A stretch of DNA of 64,000 nucleotides from Pirellulales bacterium. Its GTDB lineage: Bacteria > Planctomycetota > Planctomycetia > Pirellulales > JADZDJ01. The notes below the pieces were generated by a model. It ran no database searches. It was given only the letters and a program-made list of their open reading frames with translations, and was not told where the DNA came from. Shown piece after piece: positions 50,888-60,715 of the stretch (the stretch's first letter is position 1; each line of letters starts with the position of its first letter). A program made the position numbers and the translations under genes. The stretch lies in contig CAVTYH010000009.1 of NCBI GenBank assembly GCA_963738835.1, positions 121,533 to 185,532 of the forward strand. Reading direction: 5' to 3'.

Positions 50888-52465
50888 TCAACCGACTCGC
50901 TGCTCGGTAATCTCAATCGCCTTCAGCAAGCCGCGGGCTTTGTTGAGGGTTTCTTGCCATTCAAGCTGTGGTTGGCTGTCGGCAACGATGCCGGCGCCGG
51001 CTTGAAGATAAGCGGTTTTTGCGGTCGTCTTTGCCGGATAACCCTCGGCGGAAGCCGGGGGCTGCGGAATCACAATGGTCCGTAGCGCGATGCACGTATC
51101 CATGTTGCCGCTGTAATCGACATAGCCGACGGCCCCGGCGTACGGCCCGCGGCGGTGCGGTTCCACTTCGTCGATAATTTCCATCGCCCGCACTTTGGGC
51201 GCGCCAGAAACGGTGCCGGCCGGCAAGCAGGCCCGCAAGGCATCGAAAGCGTCTTTCCCATCGGCGAGCATGCCAGTGACGTTGCTGGTGATGTGCATCA
51301 CGTGGCTGTAACGTTCGATGGTCATCACATCGGTCAGTTCGACCGAGCCATAGCGAGCCACGCGGCCCACATCGTTGCGGCCTAAATCGACCAGCATGAC
51401 GTGCTCGGCCCGTTCCTTGGGATCGGCCAACAGTTCTTTGGCCAAACGGTTGTCTTCTTCATCGGTTTGCCCTCGACGGCGTGTGCCGGCCAGCGGGCGT
51501 ACGGTCACTTTACGATCGACGACGCGGACCATCACTTCCGGCGAGCTGCCCACGAGCGTGACGCTGGGTGTTCGCAGGTAAAACATGAACGGGCTGGGAT
51601 TCACGACTCGCAGAGTTCGGTAAATTTCGAACGGATGCGACTTGATCGCCAGTTCCAGCCGCTGACTGATGACGACCTGAAAAATATCGCCCGCTTGAAT
51701 GTACTCGACACACTTATCGACCGCTTTCTCAAACCCCGACTGCGTGAAGTTCGATTTGTAGGTGATTGTTGAATCGCCTCCGGGGCGGATATCGACTGGC
51801 GTCAAATCGGCGGTTGGCGTCGAGAGTTTTGCCACAAGTTCGTCCACGCGACGGCAGGCATCGTCGTACGATGCTTTCAAATCGCCGTTGTCCACACGCG
51901 CCATCGCCACAACGACTATGGTTTTGGTGATGTTGTCGAACACCACCATGCGATCGTAAAAAGCGAACGACAGGTCGGGCAGTTGGCGATCATCGGGGGG
52001 TGCATTCGGCAACAGTTCGCTGTAGCGGACCACGTCGTAGCCCGCGTAGCCGATGGCTCCGCTCACGAATGGCGGCAGTTCGGGCAGCCGCACAGCTCGC
52101 AAGGCATCGACACGGCGGCGGAGTTCTTCGATGGGATCGGGCGATTCGAATTCTTCAATGTTCGCGATGGGTTGGTCGGCGCGACCCACGGCTGCCGCCG
52201 CAAGCTGTTGGGAAGTTTTCGTGCGAACGACCACGCGATGGCCCCAGGCCTCGATTTCTTGAAATGGCTCGGCCGTGAGAAAACTGTAACGCCCCACTTT
52301 TTCGCCACCGACCACGCTTTCGAACAAACACGCCGACGAGCCGGCATCTAGTTTGTGAAACGCGGAGACCGGGGTGAGCGAATCGCCAATCAATCGCCGA
52401 TACACCGGCACCAAATGCACACCCGAGGCCAGCCGCGAGAACGTTGCGAAGTCAGGATAGTGCAT
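50888..52465 (-). CDS. trpE: Anthranilate synthase component I
   Basis: 525 aa. [52 protein letters not shown] and GAPK.RAMEII. Confidence 0.9.
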   Translation of the reverse strand: MHYPDFATFSRLASGVHLVPVYRRLIGDSLTPVSAFHKLDAGSSACLFESVVGGEKVGRYSFLTAEPFQEIEAWGHRVVVRTKTSQQLAAAAVGRADQPIANIEEFESPDPIEELRRRVDALRAVRLPELPPFVSGAIGYAGYDVVRYSELLPNAPPDDRQLPDLSFAFYDRMVVFDNITKTIVVVAMARVDNGDLKASYDDACRRVDELVAKLSTPTADLTPVDIRPGGDSTITYKSNFTQSGFEKAVDKCVEYIQAGDIFQVVISQRLELAIKSHPFEIYRTLRVVNPSPFMFYLRTPSVTLVGSSPEVMVRVVDRKVTVRPLAGTRRRGQTDEEDNRLAKELLADPKERAEHVMLVDLGRNDVGRVARYGSVELTDVMTIERYSHVMHITSNVTGMLADGKDAFDALRACLPAGTVSGAPKVRAMEIIDEVEPHRRGPYAGAVGYVDYSGNMDTCIALRTIVIPQPPASAEGYPAKTTAKTAYLQAGAGIVADSQPQLEWQETLNKARGLLKAIEITEQRVG

Positions 52466-52468
52466 TGA

Positions 52469-52503
52469 GAGTAGTGGTCGGTAGTCCGTTGTCAGTGGTC
52501 CGT
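52469..52503 (-). repeat. Degenerate heptad (NNNGACN) leader abutting the trpE start
   Basis: The plus strand reads GAGTAGT GGTCGGT AGTCCGT TGTCAGT GGTCCGT. The coding strand reads ACGGACC ACTGACA ACGGACT ACCGACC ACTACTC TCA-ATG. Confidence 0.55.
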
Positions 52504-52711
52504 TGCATAAGGCCGACTGGATGCGCGGGAAGTTGGCCGCGAGGAAGCACTAATCGGTCATGCCGTCGGTCAGGGCTTGCCGCAGAATAACAGTCTCGCC
52601 AATTGCAGACAACCAAAGCTTTACTCGTGTTCGCCGTTGTCGCAAAAGATGCCAGCACGCTGTCCAGTGCTTGTCGCGTAACCTGAAATCACGACCGGAT
52701 TTTCGTTCGCC

Positions 52712-52739
52712 TTGACACCCCCTAGCCCATTGCTAGAAT
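52712..52739 (+). promoter_or_regulatory. Near-consensus sigma70-type promoter upstream of mcsA
   Basis: TTGACA (52712-17), 16-nt spacer, TAGAAT (52734-39), about 130 nt before the mcsA ATG. Confidence 0.45.
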
Positions 52740-52868
52740 CCCAACGGGATCAAGCGCGAAACGCATAACATTCCCCAAGTGCCCGCCCAAACTTGTCCTG
52801 TCGGACCAAACGAGCGCTGGTTGATCTCATACCCGGTTCAAAACACCTCCGCCGTTTCTCATGCTCCT

Positions 52869-53375
52869 ATGAAGTGTCAAAAGTGCGAACGTCCGGCCAC
52901 GTTCCACATAACGGAACTTGAAGGGGGCAAGCATACCGAGTTGCACCTTTGCGAAGAGCATGCGCGACAATACCTGACGCAGGGTGAAGGCGAGCCCGGT
53001 TCGGCCCCCACCATTGCTGGCGCCCTGGCCCAGCAATTGGCGGTCGGACAGACGGCGGAAGAATTGGCCCGGCTCGATCAGCGGGCCTGTCCTGTGTGCG
53101 GCATCACGTTTTACGAGTTTCGCAACCAAGGACGGCTGGGTTGCCCCCACGATTATGTGTTTTTCGAAAAAGAGCTTGAGCCGTTGATTGCCAATATCCA
53201 CGGCGAGACGACGCACAAAGGAAAAAAACCGAAACAAGGCGCCACGGGCACGCAACAACGGACAGAGCTAATTCGCATGCGGCGCGAAATGAAAGAGGCC
53301 ATCGAAAAAGAAAACTACGAACGGGCCAAGGAACTGCGCGACGAAATCAAACGCATCGAAGCCACAAAAGAGTAG
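52869..53375 (+). CDS. mcsA: McsA-like protein arginine kinase activator (UvrB/UvrC motif protein)
   Basis: MKCQKCERPATFHITE...HLCEEHA and CPVCG...GRLGCPHDY zinc fingers. C-terminal UVR motif EKENYERAKELRDEIKRIE. Confidence 0.8.
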   Translation: MKCQKCERPATFHITELEGGKHTELHLCEEHARQYLTQGEGEPGSAPTIAGALAQQLAVGQTAEELARLDQRACPVCGITFYEFRNQGRLGCPHDYVFFEKELEPLIANIHGETTHKGKKPKQGATGTQQRTELIRMRREMKEAIEKENYERAKELRDEIKRIEATKE

Positions 53376-53454
53376 ACGCTATTCAACCAGCCGCCGACGG
53401 AAGCCGGGGGTTGTTTAAATTCAAACGGCGATTTGTCACCAAAGCGAATCATCC

Positions 53455-54534
53455 GTGGAACTCAACGATCTGACGAACTCGATCGGCGAATGGCTGCGCG
53501 GCAACGGGCCGCAGGCCGACATCGTCATGAGTACGCGCATCCGGCTAGCGCGGAATCTGGCCGAATTCCCCTTCATTACGAAGGCGTCGGACCAAGATCG
53601 GGGCGACATCGAGCGAATTTTGCGCGACCGGGTGCTGAAAATTCACGAAGCGTCCGGCGAATTACTGTATGTGAACGTTAGCGATCTGGACCGTATCGAT
53701 CGGCAGTTTTTGGTGGAACGGCAGTTGATTAGTCGTGAACATGCCGATGCTAAGGGAGCGCGAGGTGTCGTCATCGATCCGCGGGAGCAGATCAGCCTGA
53801 TGATCAATGAAGAAGATCATCTGCGGATCCAGTGCATGCACAGCGGACTCGATGTGCAAGGTGCCTGGGAGCAAATCAATCGGATCGACGACCTGGTTTC
53901 CGACCAAGTGACCTACGCGTTTCACCCGCGGCTCGGCTATCTGACGGCCTGCCCGACAAATGTCGGCACCGGCGTGCGAGTCAGCGTGCTCATGCACCTG
54001 CCGGCATTGGTGATTACCCGGCAGATTGACAAGGTCTTTCGCAGCCTGCAAAAGATCAGCCTGGCGGTTCGCGGCCTGTACGGCGAGGGTTCACAGGCGA
54101 TGGGGGATTTCTATCAGATCTCCAATCAGCAAACTTTGGGTCGCAGTGAGTTGGAGTTGGTCGAGCAAGTTGCCGATGTTGTGCCAGCGCTCATTCATTA
54201 CGAGCACGAAGCCCGCGAGTTTTTACTCAAGGAAAGTCAGCAAACGTTGCACGATCAGGTCAGCCGGGCATATGGAATCTTGCGGACGGCCCAGACGATC
54301 AGCTCGGAGGAGACCATGCATTTGCTTTCGAAGGTGAGGCTGGGCATCAATTTGCAATTGATCGAAGATTTGCCAATGCCGAAGCTCAACGAGCTATTTA
54401 TTCGCACGCAGCCCGCTCATCTGCAAAAAATTCGCGGCGTGGAGTTGAATACGGCCGACCGAAATATCGAGCGCGCCCGCTATTTGCGGCGCTATCTGAA
54501 CCGCGAAGAAGACGGCAACGGCGGGGCGAATTAA
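53455..54534 (+). CDS. mcsB: Protein arginine kinase McsB (ATP:guanido phosphotransferase)
   Basis: GTG start. RIRLARNL..FPF, NEEDHLRIQ, LGYLTACPTNVGTG.R.S..LHLP and GVRGLYGEGS. Confidence 0.85.
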   Translation: MELNDLTNSIGEWLRGNGPQADIVMSTRIRLARNLAEFPFITKASDQDRGDIERILRDRVLKIHEASGELLYVNVSDLDRIDRQFLVERQLISREHADAKGARGVVIDPREQISLMINEEDHLRIQCMHSGLDVQGAWEQINRIDDLVSDQVTYAFHPRLGYLTACPTNVGTGVRVSVLMHLPALVITRQIDKVFRSLQKISLAVRGLYGEGSQAMGDFYQISNQQTLGRSELELVEQVADVVPALIHYEHEAREFLLKESQQTLHDQVSRAYGILRTAQTISSEETMHLLSKVRLGINLQLIEDLPMPKLNELFIRTQPAHLQKIRGVELNTADRNIERARYLRRYLNREEDGNGGAN

Positions 54535-54575
54535 GAATTCTGATTGTCGCGTGTTGCGGTTCGCTTTGCGGGCGG

Positions 54576-54600
54576 ACGCCGAGCAAGCTCGGCCGCTACA
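54576..54600 (-). repeat. GTAG-hairpin (REP-like) element between convergent genes
   Basis: The minus strand reads GTGTAGCG-GCCGAGC-TT-GCTCGGC-G. It has the same frame as 45373-45394, with compensatory stem changes. Confidence 0.55.
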
Positions 54601-54608
54601 CTTTCTGG

Positions 54609-55172
54609 TTAGACGTTCCTTGGCAGATTCCCATTAAAAATCATCGCCATGCGGATGACATCGTCGAACCGGCCGTCGATGTAGCGGCCTTTAATCATTC
54701 GGCCCTCTTCCACGAAACCGAGCTTGCAATACAGGCCATGCGCGGCCGGGTTCGAAGAATACACGCTGAGCTCAAGACGCATGTATCCGGCTGCCTTCGT
54801 GGCGTCAATTACTGCTTGCAGCAGCCGTGTGCCCAATCGGCGGCGGCGATAATTGGGATGTACACCCATTCCCAGCTCCACGCGATGCCGACTGCCAAGA
54901 GCCTCTGGACGGCGCGTATCGGCCCAACCGACCACGCGGCTTGATGTCGTCAGCGAATGATGATTGGCCAGAGGGGTTTCGACTGCAAAAAAGGCGGGAT
55001 TGCTTTCGCGGATGTTTTTGGCCACGAACCGACGCGTTTCTTCCAGCGGAAAGGCTTCGACAATCGCCAGCCATTTTCGCTCCCGAGCCACGCAATCGAC
55101 GCACTCGCGGTAACTTTCCACGAGTTCCATCGATGCCGGCACGATCTGAATTTCATGGTCGCTTGCCGACAT
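54609..55172 (-). CDS. GNAT-family N-acetyltransferase
   Basis: Start MSASDHEIQIV at 55172. Acetyl-CoA motif YRRRRLGTRLLQAVIDA, about 187 aa. Confidence 0.7.
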   Translation of the reverse strand: MSASDHEIQIVPASMELVESYRECVDCVARERKWLAIVEAFPLEETRRFVAKNIRESNPAFFAVETPLANHHSLTTSSRVVGWADTRRPEALGSRHRVELGMGVHPNYRRRRLGTRLLQAVIDATKAAGYMRLELSVYSSNPAAHGLYCKLGFVEEGRMIKGRYIDGRFDDVIRMAMIFNGNLPRNV

Positions 55173-55177
55173 GCGAT

Positions 55178-55684
55178 TCACTTTAAGCCTGAACAATGGC
55201 TGCGGAGATGTGGAATAATTTCGCGCGGCACAAATCGCACGAGCTCCTCGTCGGACGCCAAGGGCGTGATTTGCTTCAGTAGCGAGCTGGATACATGCGA
55301 AAACTGTTCGTCGGCCATGAGGAATACCGTTTCGATCCCCGGATCGAGCTTGCGGTTTGCGAGTGTCATCGTGAATTCCGACTCGATATCGGTCAAGGAC
55401 CGCACGCCACGCAGCATCACGCGAGCACCGCACTCGCGGACGAAATGCACAGCCAGGCCGCTGAATTGCCGCACCTCGACGTTCGACAAATGCCGCGTGG
55501 CGCTGCGAGTTAATTCCACGCGCTCTTCGGGCGTGAACAGCGCCTGCTTTTCGATGTTGATGCCAATGCCGACGATCAGCTTATCCACCAGCCGGCTGGC
55601 GCGTTCGATCACATTGATGTGCCCCAGCGTGATCGGATCGAACGATCCGGTATAAACGGCAACGCGTGAATCGTTGACAGCCAT
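55178..55684 (-). CDS. coaD: Phosphopantetheine adenylyltransferase
   Basis: Start MAVNDSRVAVYTGSFDPITLGHINVIERA (T/HxGH motif). ISSSLLKQI-like C-terminus. Confidence 0.9.
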   Translation of the reverse strand: MAVNDSRVAVYTGSFDPITLGHINVIERASRLVDKLIVGIGINIEKQALFTPEERVELTRSATRHLSNVEVRQFSGLAVHFVRECGARVMLRGVRSLTDIESEFTMTLANRKLDPGIETVFLMADEQFSHVSSSLLKQITPLASDEELVRFVPREIIPHLRSHCSGLK

Positions 55685-55757
55685 GAATAGTAGTCGGTGG
55701 TTGTTGGTTTGTTGCAATAGCCAGAGGCAGAAGCCGGGGTTGCCTCGCCAAATTATC

Positions 55758-56951
55758 TCACGTCGGAGCAGCGGTGCAAACTTTTCGCCCTTCCTCCAGT
55801 GCCGCAATCAGTCGATCGATATCCTCATCGTTGATGTACGCATGCGGGCTGATCCGCAGTTTACCGGCCCGTTGCGCCATTGCCACGTGTTTGACGTAAC
55901 CAAATTTTCGCAGCGCTAGCGAATCGCAACCGGGCATCTCAAATAACACGATCCCGGAACATCGGTCCGGATTCTCGCGGGGACTGGCGATTTTAGCACC
56001 GATCACCTCGAGCTGGCGGCAGCACAAGTCGGTAATTTCGAGAATTCGGTTGCCGATCATCGCAGTTCCGATGTCGGCTAGCAAATCGAGACTGGCGCCC
56101 AAGCCGATGAAACCCACACAGTTGGGCGCGCCCCCTTCATAGCGACTGGCTGTGTCTTTGAGCTGTAGCTCAATGTGCGTGTAATTGCTCTGCTGCACCA
56201 CGCTGTTCCAGCCCACGCCAAAAGGCCGCAGATTGGAGAGGTGTTCGCGACGGATGTAAAACAAGCCTGCGCCTTCCGGGCCGAGCATCCATTTGTGTCC
56301 ATCGGCGGAAAAGAAATCGATCTGCGTTTCGCACACATCAAGTGGAAATGCACCGAGGCCTTGAATAGCATCGACCAGCAGCAGCGCTCCGCGTCGATGA
56401 GCCATTTCTGCGGCGGCCCTTAGATCGGTGCGCCAGCCGCTCAAGAAACCGACCCAGCTGAGGGCCACAATCCGCGTTCGTGCATCGCAGGCCGCTTCCA
56501 AACGGTTCAAATCGAGCCGGCCATTTTCTGTCGTCACGCGACGGGTTTCCACGCCGCGCGATGCCAGATTCAGCCACGGGTATTGGTTCGTCGGAAACTC
56601 GTCGGTTGGAATGACGACGTTATCTCCTTTGCGCCAGGGAAATCCTTCCGCGACCAGCGTGACCCCTTCCGTGGTGCTGCGAACTAAGGCGATTTCTTCC
56701 GGCGTTGCGCCGACCATGGCGGCTGCCCTGGCCCGAACTTCTTGCAGGCGCCGGTCCCAACGCCCCCAGGCCGGCCCGCCCTCTCCGGCTGCTTCGGCCA
56801 ACCATTGACCTATGGCATCGCGGGCCGTAGCTGGTATCGGGGCGACGGCCGCGTGGTCAAAATAGGCCCACTTGGCGGTCACCGGTATTTGCCGGCGGAA
56901 GTTCACCCAGCGGTCGTCGACGCTAAGTCCCATCGGGCTCTGGTCCTGCAA
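55758..56951 (-). CDS. Class V aminotransferase (cysteine desulfurase/selenocysteine lyase-like)
   Basis: FDHAAVAPIP, DAIQGLG, and the PLP-lysine region FFSADGHKWMLGPEGAGLFYI. Confidence 0.75.
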   Translation of the reverse strand: MQDQSPMGLSVDDRWVNFRRQIPVTAKWAYFDHAAVAPIPATARDAIGQWLAEAAGEGGPAWGRWDRRLQEVRARAAAMVGATPEEIALVRSTTEGVTLVAEGFPWRKGDNVVIPTDEFPTNQYPWLNLASRGVETRRVTTENGRLDLNRLEAACDARTRIVALSWVGFLSGWRTDLRAAAEMAHRRGALLLVDAIQGLGAFPLDVCETQIDFFSADGHKWMLGPEGAGLFYIRREHLSNLRPFGVGWNSVVQQSNYTHIELQLKDTASRYEGGAPNCVGFIGLGASLDLLADIGTAMIGNRILEITDLCCRQLEVIGAKIASPRENPDRCSGIVLFEMPGCDSLALRKFGYVKHVAMAQRAGKLRISPHAYINDEDIDRLIAALEEGRKVCTAAPT

Positions 56952-57048
56952 TTGCCGATAAGTCCTGAAATAACGGCTGAATTGGGCGAAATCTCACCAA
57001 ATCACCCCCGTTGAACTACACTAGCTAGGTTGACTAAAGTAGGACAAC

Positions 57049-57267
57049 TTGGCCGCAGCCGCTCGGGATGCTCATTCGATGCCCAAAGCCTTATCCATTA
57101 TGGGGATGCTAATTGCATTCCTCATTCTACTGGTATTTGTGCTCGATTTGACACTGCACATTCCCTTTGGCGGCACGAACGCCGGCATTTCAATGCATGT
57201 CGGCATGATCATCGGTGCCGGCGTCCTGGCGTACCTGAGTTGGGCAGCCTACCGCGAGCAGAGCTAA
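57049..57267 (+). CDS. Small hypothetical two-TM membrane protein
   Basis: 72 aa. LSIMGMLIAFLILLVFVLDL and MHVGMIIGAGVLAYLSWAAY. Confidence 0.4.
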   Translation: MAAAARDAHSMPKALSIMGMLIAFLILLVFVLDLTLHIPFGGTNAGISMHVGMIIGAGVLAYLSWAAYREQS

Positions 57268-57282
57268 GCGGCAAGCGAAGCT

Positions 57283-57306
57283 GTAGGTCGGGCTTCAGCC
57301 TGACCT
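57283..57306. terminator. GTAG-hairpin between convergent genes (likely bidirectional terminator / REP-like)
   Basis: CTGTAG-GTCGGGC-TTCA-GCCTGAC-CT. A 9-bp stem (57285-93 / 57298-306) with one G:T, 16 nt after the 57049-57267 stop and 5 nt before the 57312 stop. Confidence 0.55.
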
Positions 57307-57311
57307 GCACA

Positions 57312-58100
57312 TCACGCGGCCCGAAGGATTGATCGGGCGGGTGCTGAGTTCCGCTTTCGCTGTAGCCGGGCCGCAATTTGGCCAAGGTTTTCGATTGCGA
57401 TGCGTCCGCTAATGTGGAGTCCATCTAATTGCGCGAGCAGTCGATCGACGGTTTGCAATACTGCTGACGAGTCGGACCTGGTAATAGATGCCAGATCGAT
57501 CCGCAAGTGACAGAAACCGCCGGAAGTCGCCGCTTCGTGGATTGCTCGAGTTGCCGCACGCGCGGTGAGCCAACTGCCTCCGGAAACTGTCGCGGTGACT
57601 CCGACATGCGTAAGTCCGTAACAAACGGTTTGAAGGTCTCCGGATCCCTGGACTGAGCTGAACCGGCGCGGGCTACGAACCATAGTCACACCGGTTTTTA
57701 TCAGCAGATCGACGTGCTGCGGTTGCCAAGGTTCAGACATCGACATCGTCGAAATGGGTCGCTGCAAATCGGCCGCCATTTGCAGTGGCCGAATGATGCT
57801 TTGCATGAAATCGAACCGCGGTCGCTGCGAATTGGAAAATAGCGAGCCATCGGCCAGCATTGAAATTTCTTGCTGTGCGGTGGCGGCAATCTGCGCGACC
57901 TCCCACATCGTGACTGGGTCGGCCAACGCCCAAGTGGCGGGCATCTGAAAATCATCGAACCGCTTTAGCAATTGGGTCAGCAGCGATTCGGTCGCTACGA
58001 CGCCGGTGACCAATGATTTTTCATGCCGTTTCACATCGATCGAAATAGAAACACAACCGCAGGCCACTGTGATCGACATCGAAACGCCCTCCGTGGACAT
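57312..58100 (-). CDS. Hypothetical protein, weakly polysaccharide-deacetylase (NodB)-like
   Basis: ISIDVKRHE...LLKRFDDFQMPATWAL resembles the lsvDvE....l....g..aTwf N-terminus of NodB-fold proteins. Otherwise unassigned. Confidence 0.35.
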   Translation of the reverse strand: MSTEGVSMSITVACGCVSISIDVKRHEKSLVTGVVATESLLTQLLKRFDDFQMPATWALADPVTMWEVAQIAATAQQEISMLADGSLFSNSQRPRFDFMQSIIRPLQMAADLQRPISTMSMSEPWQPQHVDLLIKTGVTMVRSPRRFSSVQGSGDLQTVCYGLTHVGVTATVSGGSWLTARAATRAIHEAATSGGFCHLRIDLASITRSDSSAVLQTVDRLLAQLDGLHISGRIAIENLGQIAARLQRKRNSAPARSILRAA

Positions 58101-58267
58101 GCCGCTCGAAAGTTCCTTCGCATCAAAAAACGTCGGCCTGACGCTGGCACCGGCTGCACGAAAACAACGAACGGTCCGATTGCAACGACCGGTTATGACG
58201 ACGTGGAAAACTTTGACGGCCCGATGATGATTTGCCGTGAGATGGTGGCTTTAAGGCAAAACAGGCA

Positions 58268-59005
58268 TCAATGAATCGAATCCGGCGCTAATCGGCCAAT
58301 GACCAAATGCTCGTCCGAGGGGTCCTTGACTTTCGATGCGTTCAGCGTGCTCCAGGCAAACCCAACTACTTTGCCGGCGGCGTCGGAATAAATTCGCAGC
58401 ACACCTTCGCCCAAACCGTCGCGATCTTTTCCTCCCGTGCCTTGATGGTGCCGCGTATCGCTTGGGCCGTGGCCCGATTCAGAGCTGTCGATTATCGTGA
58501 CGGACCACTGAATTGTGTCCGGAACGATTGGTTCTTTTTCTGCCATTCGCTGGGCTCGGCTCGCCGCCAACATGACGTGGCCGGTGTTGTCTTTGCGATT
58601 CAGATATTTGACCGCTAGAAAATCGCCGGACCGCATGTCTTGAACGTGCTCGATCAGCTTGAAGCCCTTTTCCTCGGCGATCGCATCGTGATAACGCTTT
58701 GCCGTGGGCCGACCAGAGCCGAACCGCGACCGGAATTGATCTTTATCGTAACCGTAGGAGTAGGCCAGCAGTGCATCGGCAAATCCGCTGCAATCGGTAT
58801 GCGATTCGAAGGGCGCGGTGAAGCTGACCGAGCCGGCGCCGTGCTCGTAACTGGTATGTTGCAAATCAAGATGCTCGACAAGCGATTGGGCAATTGCCAA
58901 ATGCTTGGGCACCGCAATTGCTTGCGGCCCGGTGCTCCGCTGGGCTAACGCCGTCTGAGAGATTGCCAGAAGTACAAAGACAAATAAAGCGCCGATCTTG
59001 TTCAT
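58268..59005 (-). CDS. Secreted hypothetical protein, possible NlpC/P60-like papain-fold hydrolase
   Basis: Signal peptide MNKIGALFVFVLLAISQTALA. Candidate Cys/His pair in HTDCSGFADALL and NTGHVMLAAS. Confidence 0.35.
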   Translation of the reverse strand: MNKIGALFVFVLLAISQTALAQRSTGPQAIAVPKHLAIAQSLVEHLDLQHTSYEHGAGSVSFTAPFESHTDCSGFADALLAYSYGYDKDQFRSRFGSGRPTAKRYHDAIAEEKGFKLIEHVQDMRSGDFLAVKYLNRKDNTGHVMLAASRAQRMAEKEPIVPDTIQWSVTIIDSSESGHGPSDTRHHQGTGGKDRDGLGEGVLRIYSDAAGKVVGFAWSTLNASKVKDPSDEHLVIGRLAPDSIH

Positions 59006-59070
59006 GATTGCACCCAGCATAGCTTCAAAAATGCGGACCCGGCTATTCAAGCGCACCGCCGAGAGACTTG

Positions 59071-60626
59071 TTACGCCGATTCTTTCCGCTCGGCGGCCAA
59101 AATCGAGTCGATAACGCCTTGCATCGTATATTGCTCAGCTTCCGCGGCAGCCTGGAAGCCAAGTTCGGCGAGGGTTGCCGATGTTACCGGGCTGATACTG
59201 GCAATTTTCGTCTTTTGTAAGTCGTCGCCGAACATTTTCACGAGCGATCGGCCAATGGCCGAACTGGTTACGGTGACCCAATCGATGCGACCAGCCTTCA
59301 TGGCCGCGGCGATCTCTGGCTCGGGTTGTGCAACATTAGTGCTTTGATAGACGACGATTTGCTCGACTTGCCCACCGGCGGCTCGCAGCGTTTCGGCCAA
59401 CACTTCGCGGCCACGGCTTGCTCGGGCCAGAAGATAGCGTTTTCCTTTGGCATCGGTCGTGAGCAGTTCTGCAAGCGCTTCAGCACGGTAAACATCCGGG
59501 GGTTGACGATCGACTTTCAAATAGTAGCGAGCCAATTCTTCGGATGTGCCTGGCCCGATGGCAGCTAGATTGACGCCAGCGAGTCGCCGCAAATCGCCGC
59601 CAGTTTCAAGCAGGCGGTCAAGCAAAAACTGCACGCCATTTACGCTGGAAAACACCAGCCAGTTAAATTCTTCGATCCTCGTGAGTGCTGCATCGACCGC
59701 TCGCCAATCGGTCGGTGGAGAAATTTCGATCGCGGGTTGAATCAGACAATCGGCCCCCAATTCCGTCAACGGTTGATACAGCGATTCCGCGCGATCGATT
59801 GGCCGGGTGAGCACGATCCGCTTGCCAAACAGCGGACGACGGGTGAACCAAGATTTGGCTGTAGAAGCCGCCGTGACGTCGCCCAAAATGATTGCCACCG
59901 GTGGCCGTATTCGGGCCGCTTCCAAACTTTCGACCACCGTACCCAGTGTGCAGCGAATTATTGTCTGATCCGGCCACGAACAACGGCGAACAATCGCCAC
60001 CGGCGTGTCGCGAGACTTACCAGCGGAAATCAACGCCGCGCTCCATTCTTGCGCCGTCGTCACACCCATGTAAAAAACTAGCGTCCCGGGAAACTTCGCG
60101 AGTGCTGCGTAGTCCAAGGCCGGAGCATGCTTGGAATCGCCTTCGTGACCGGTGATGATTGCGACTGCTGATGCCACATCGCGCTGCGTAATCCACACAC
60201 CGGCGTAGCTGCCTGCCGCCAGCGCTGCGGTGATGCCGGGGACAATTTCGTAATCAATCTTTGCCGCTTCCAGGGCTTCAGCTTCTTCGGCCAATCGACC
60301 AAATACCGCCGGGTCGCCACCTTTCAGCCGCACCACGCGCTGGCCTTCGCGCGAAGCTCCAGTAATCGTTCGTTGATTTCGCGCTGATCCCAAATTCGAT
60401 CTCCCTGTTCACTTTTTCGCTGACCGTGCCGACCCAAACAAATCAAATTTGCGCCCGGCCTTGCATGTCGCAGAATGGCCGGATTCACCAAATAATCGTA
60501 CAGCACAGTGTCGGCCAGCCGCAGGCATTCGACCCCACGCCAGGTAATCAAGCCAGCATCGCCGGGGCCAGCGCCGACGAGAAAGACTTTGCCAGTCGAG
60601 TGACACGATTGTCGTTGTTTTGACAT
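59071..60626 (-). CDS. cobA: Uroporphyrinogen-III C-methyltransferase fused to uroporphyrinogen-III synthase (apparent frameshift ~60352)
   Basis: ORF 60324-60626 has KVFLVGAGPGDAGLIT. It continues as EL(A)REGQRVVRLKGGDPAVFGR, VPGITAA and VRRCSWPDQ. The HemD domain then follows from GKRIVLTRP. Confidence 0.8.
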
Positions 60627-60645
60627 CTTCCGATGTTTAGAATGG

Positions 60646-60670
60646 CTGTAGGTGAGGCATCACCCCACAG
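60646..60670 (+). repeat. GTAG-hairpin element in a divergent intergenic region
   Basis: CTGTAG-GTGA-GGCA-TCAC-CCCACAG. Shares the CTGTAGGT head with 57283-57306. Confidence 0.4.
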
Positions 60671-60715
60671 GAAGTCGTTTGCCGAAACAATCGTTGGCCG
60701 CGTACCCGCCCAACT

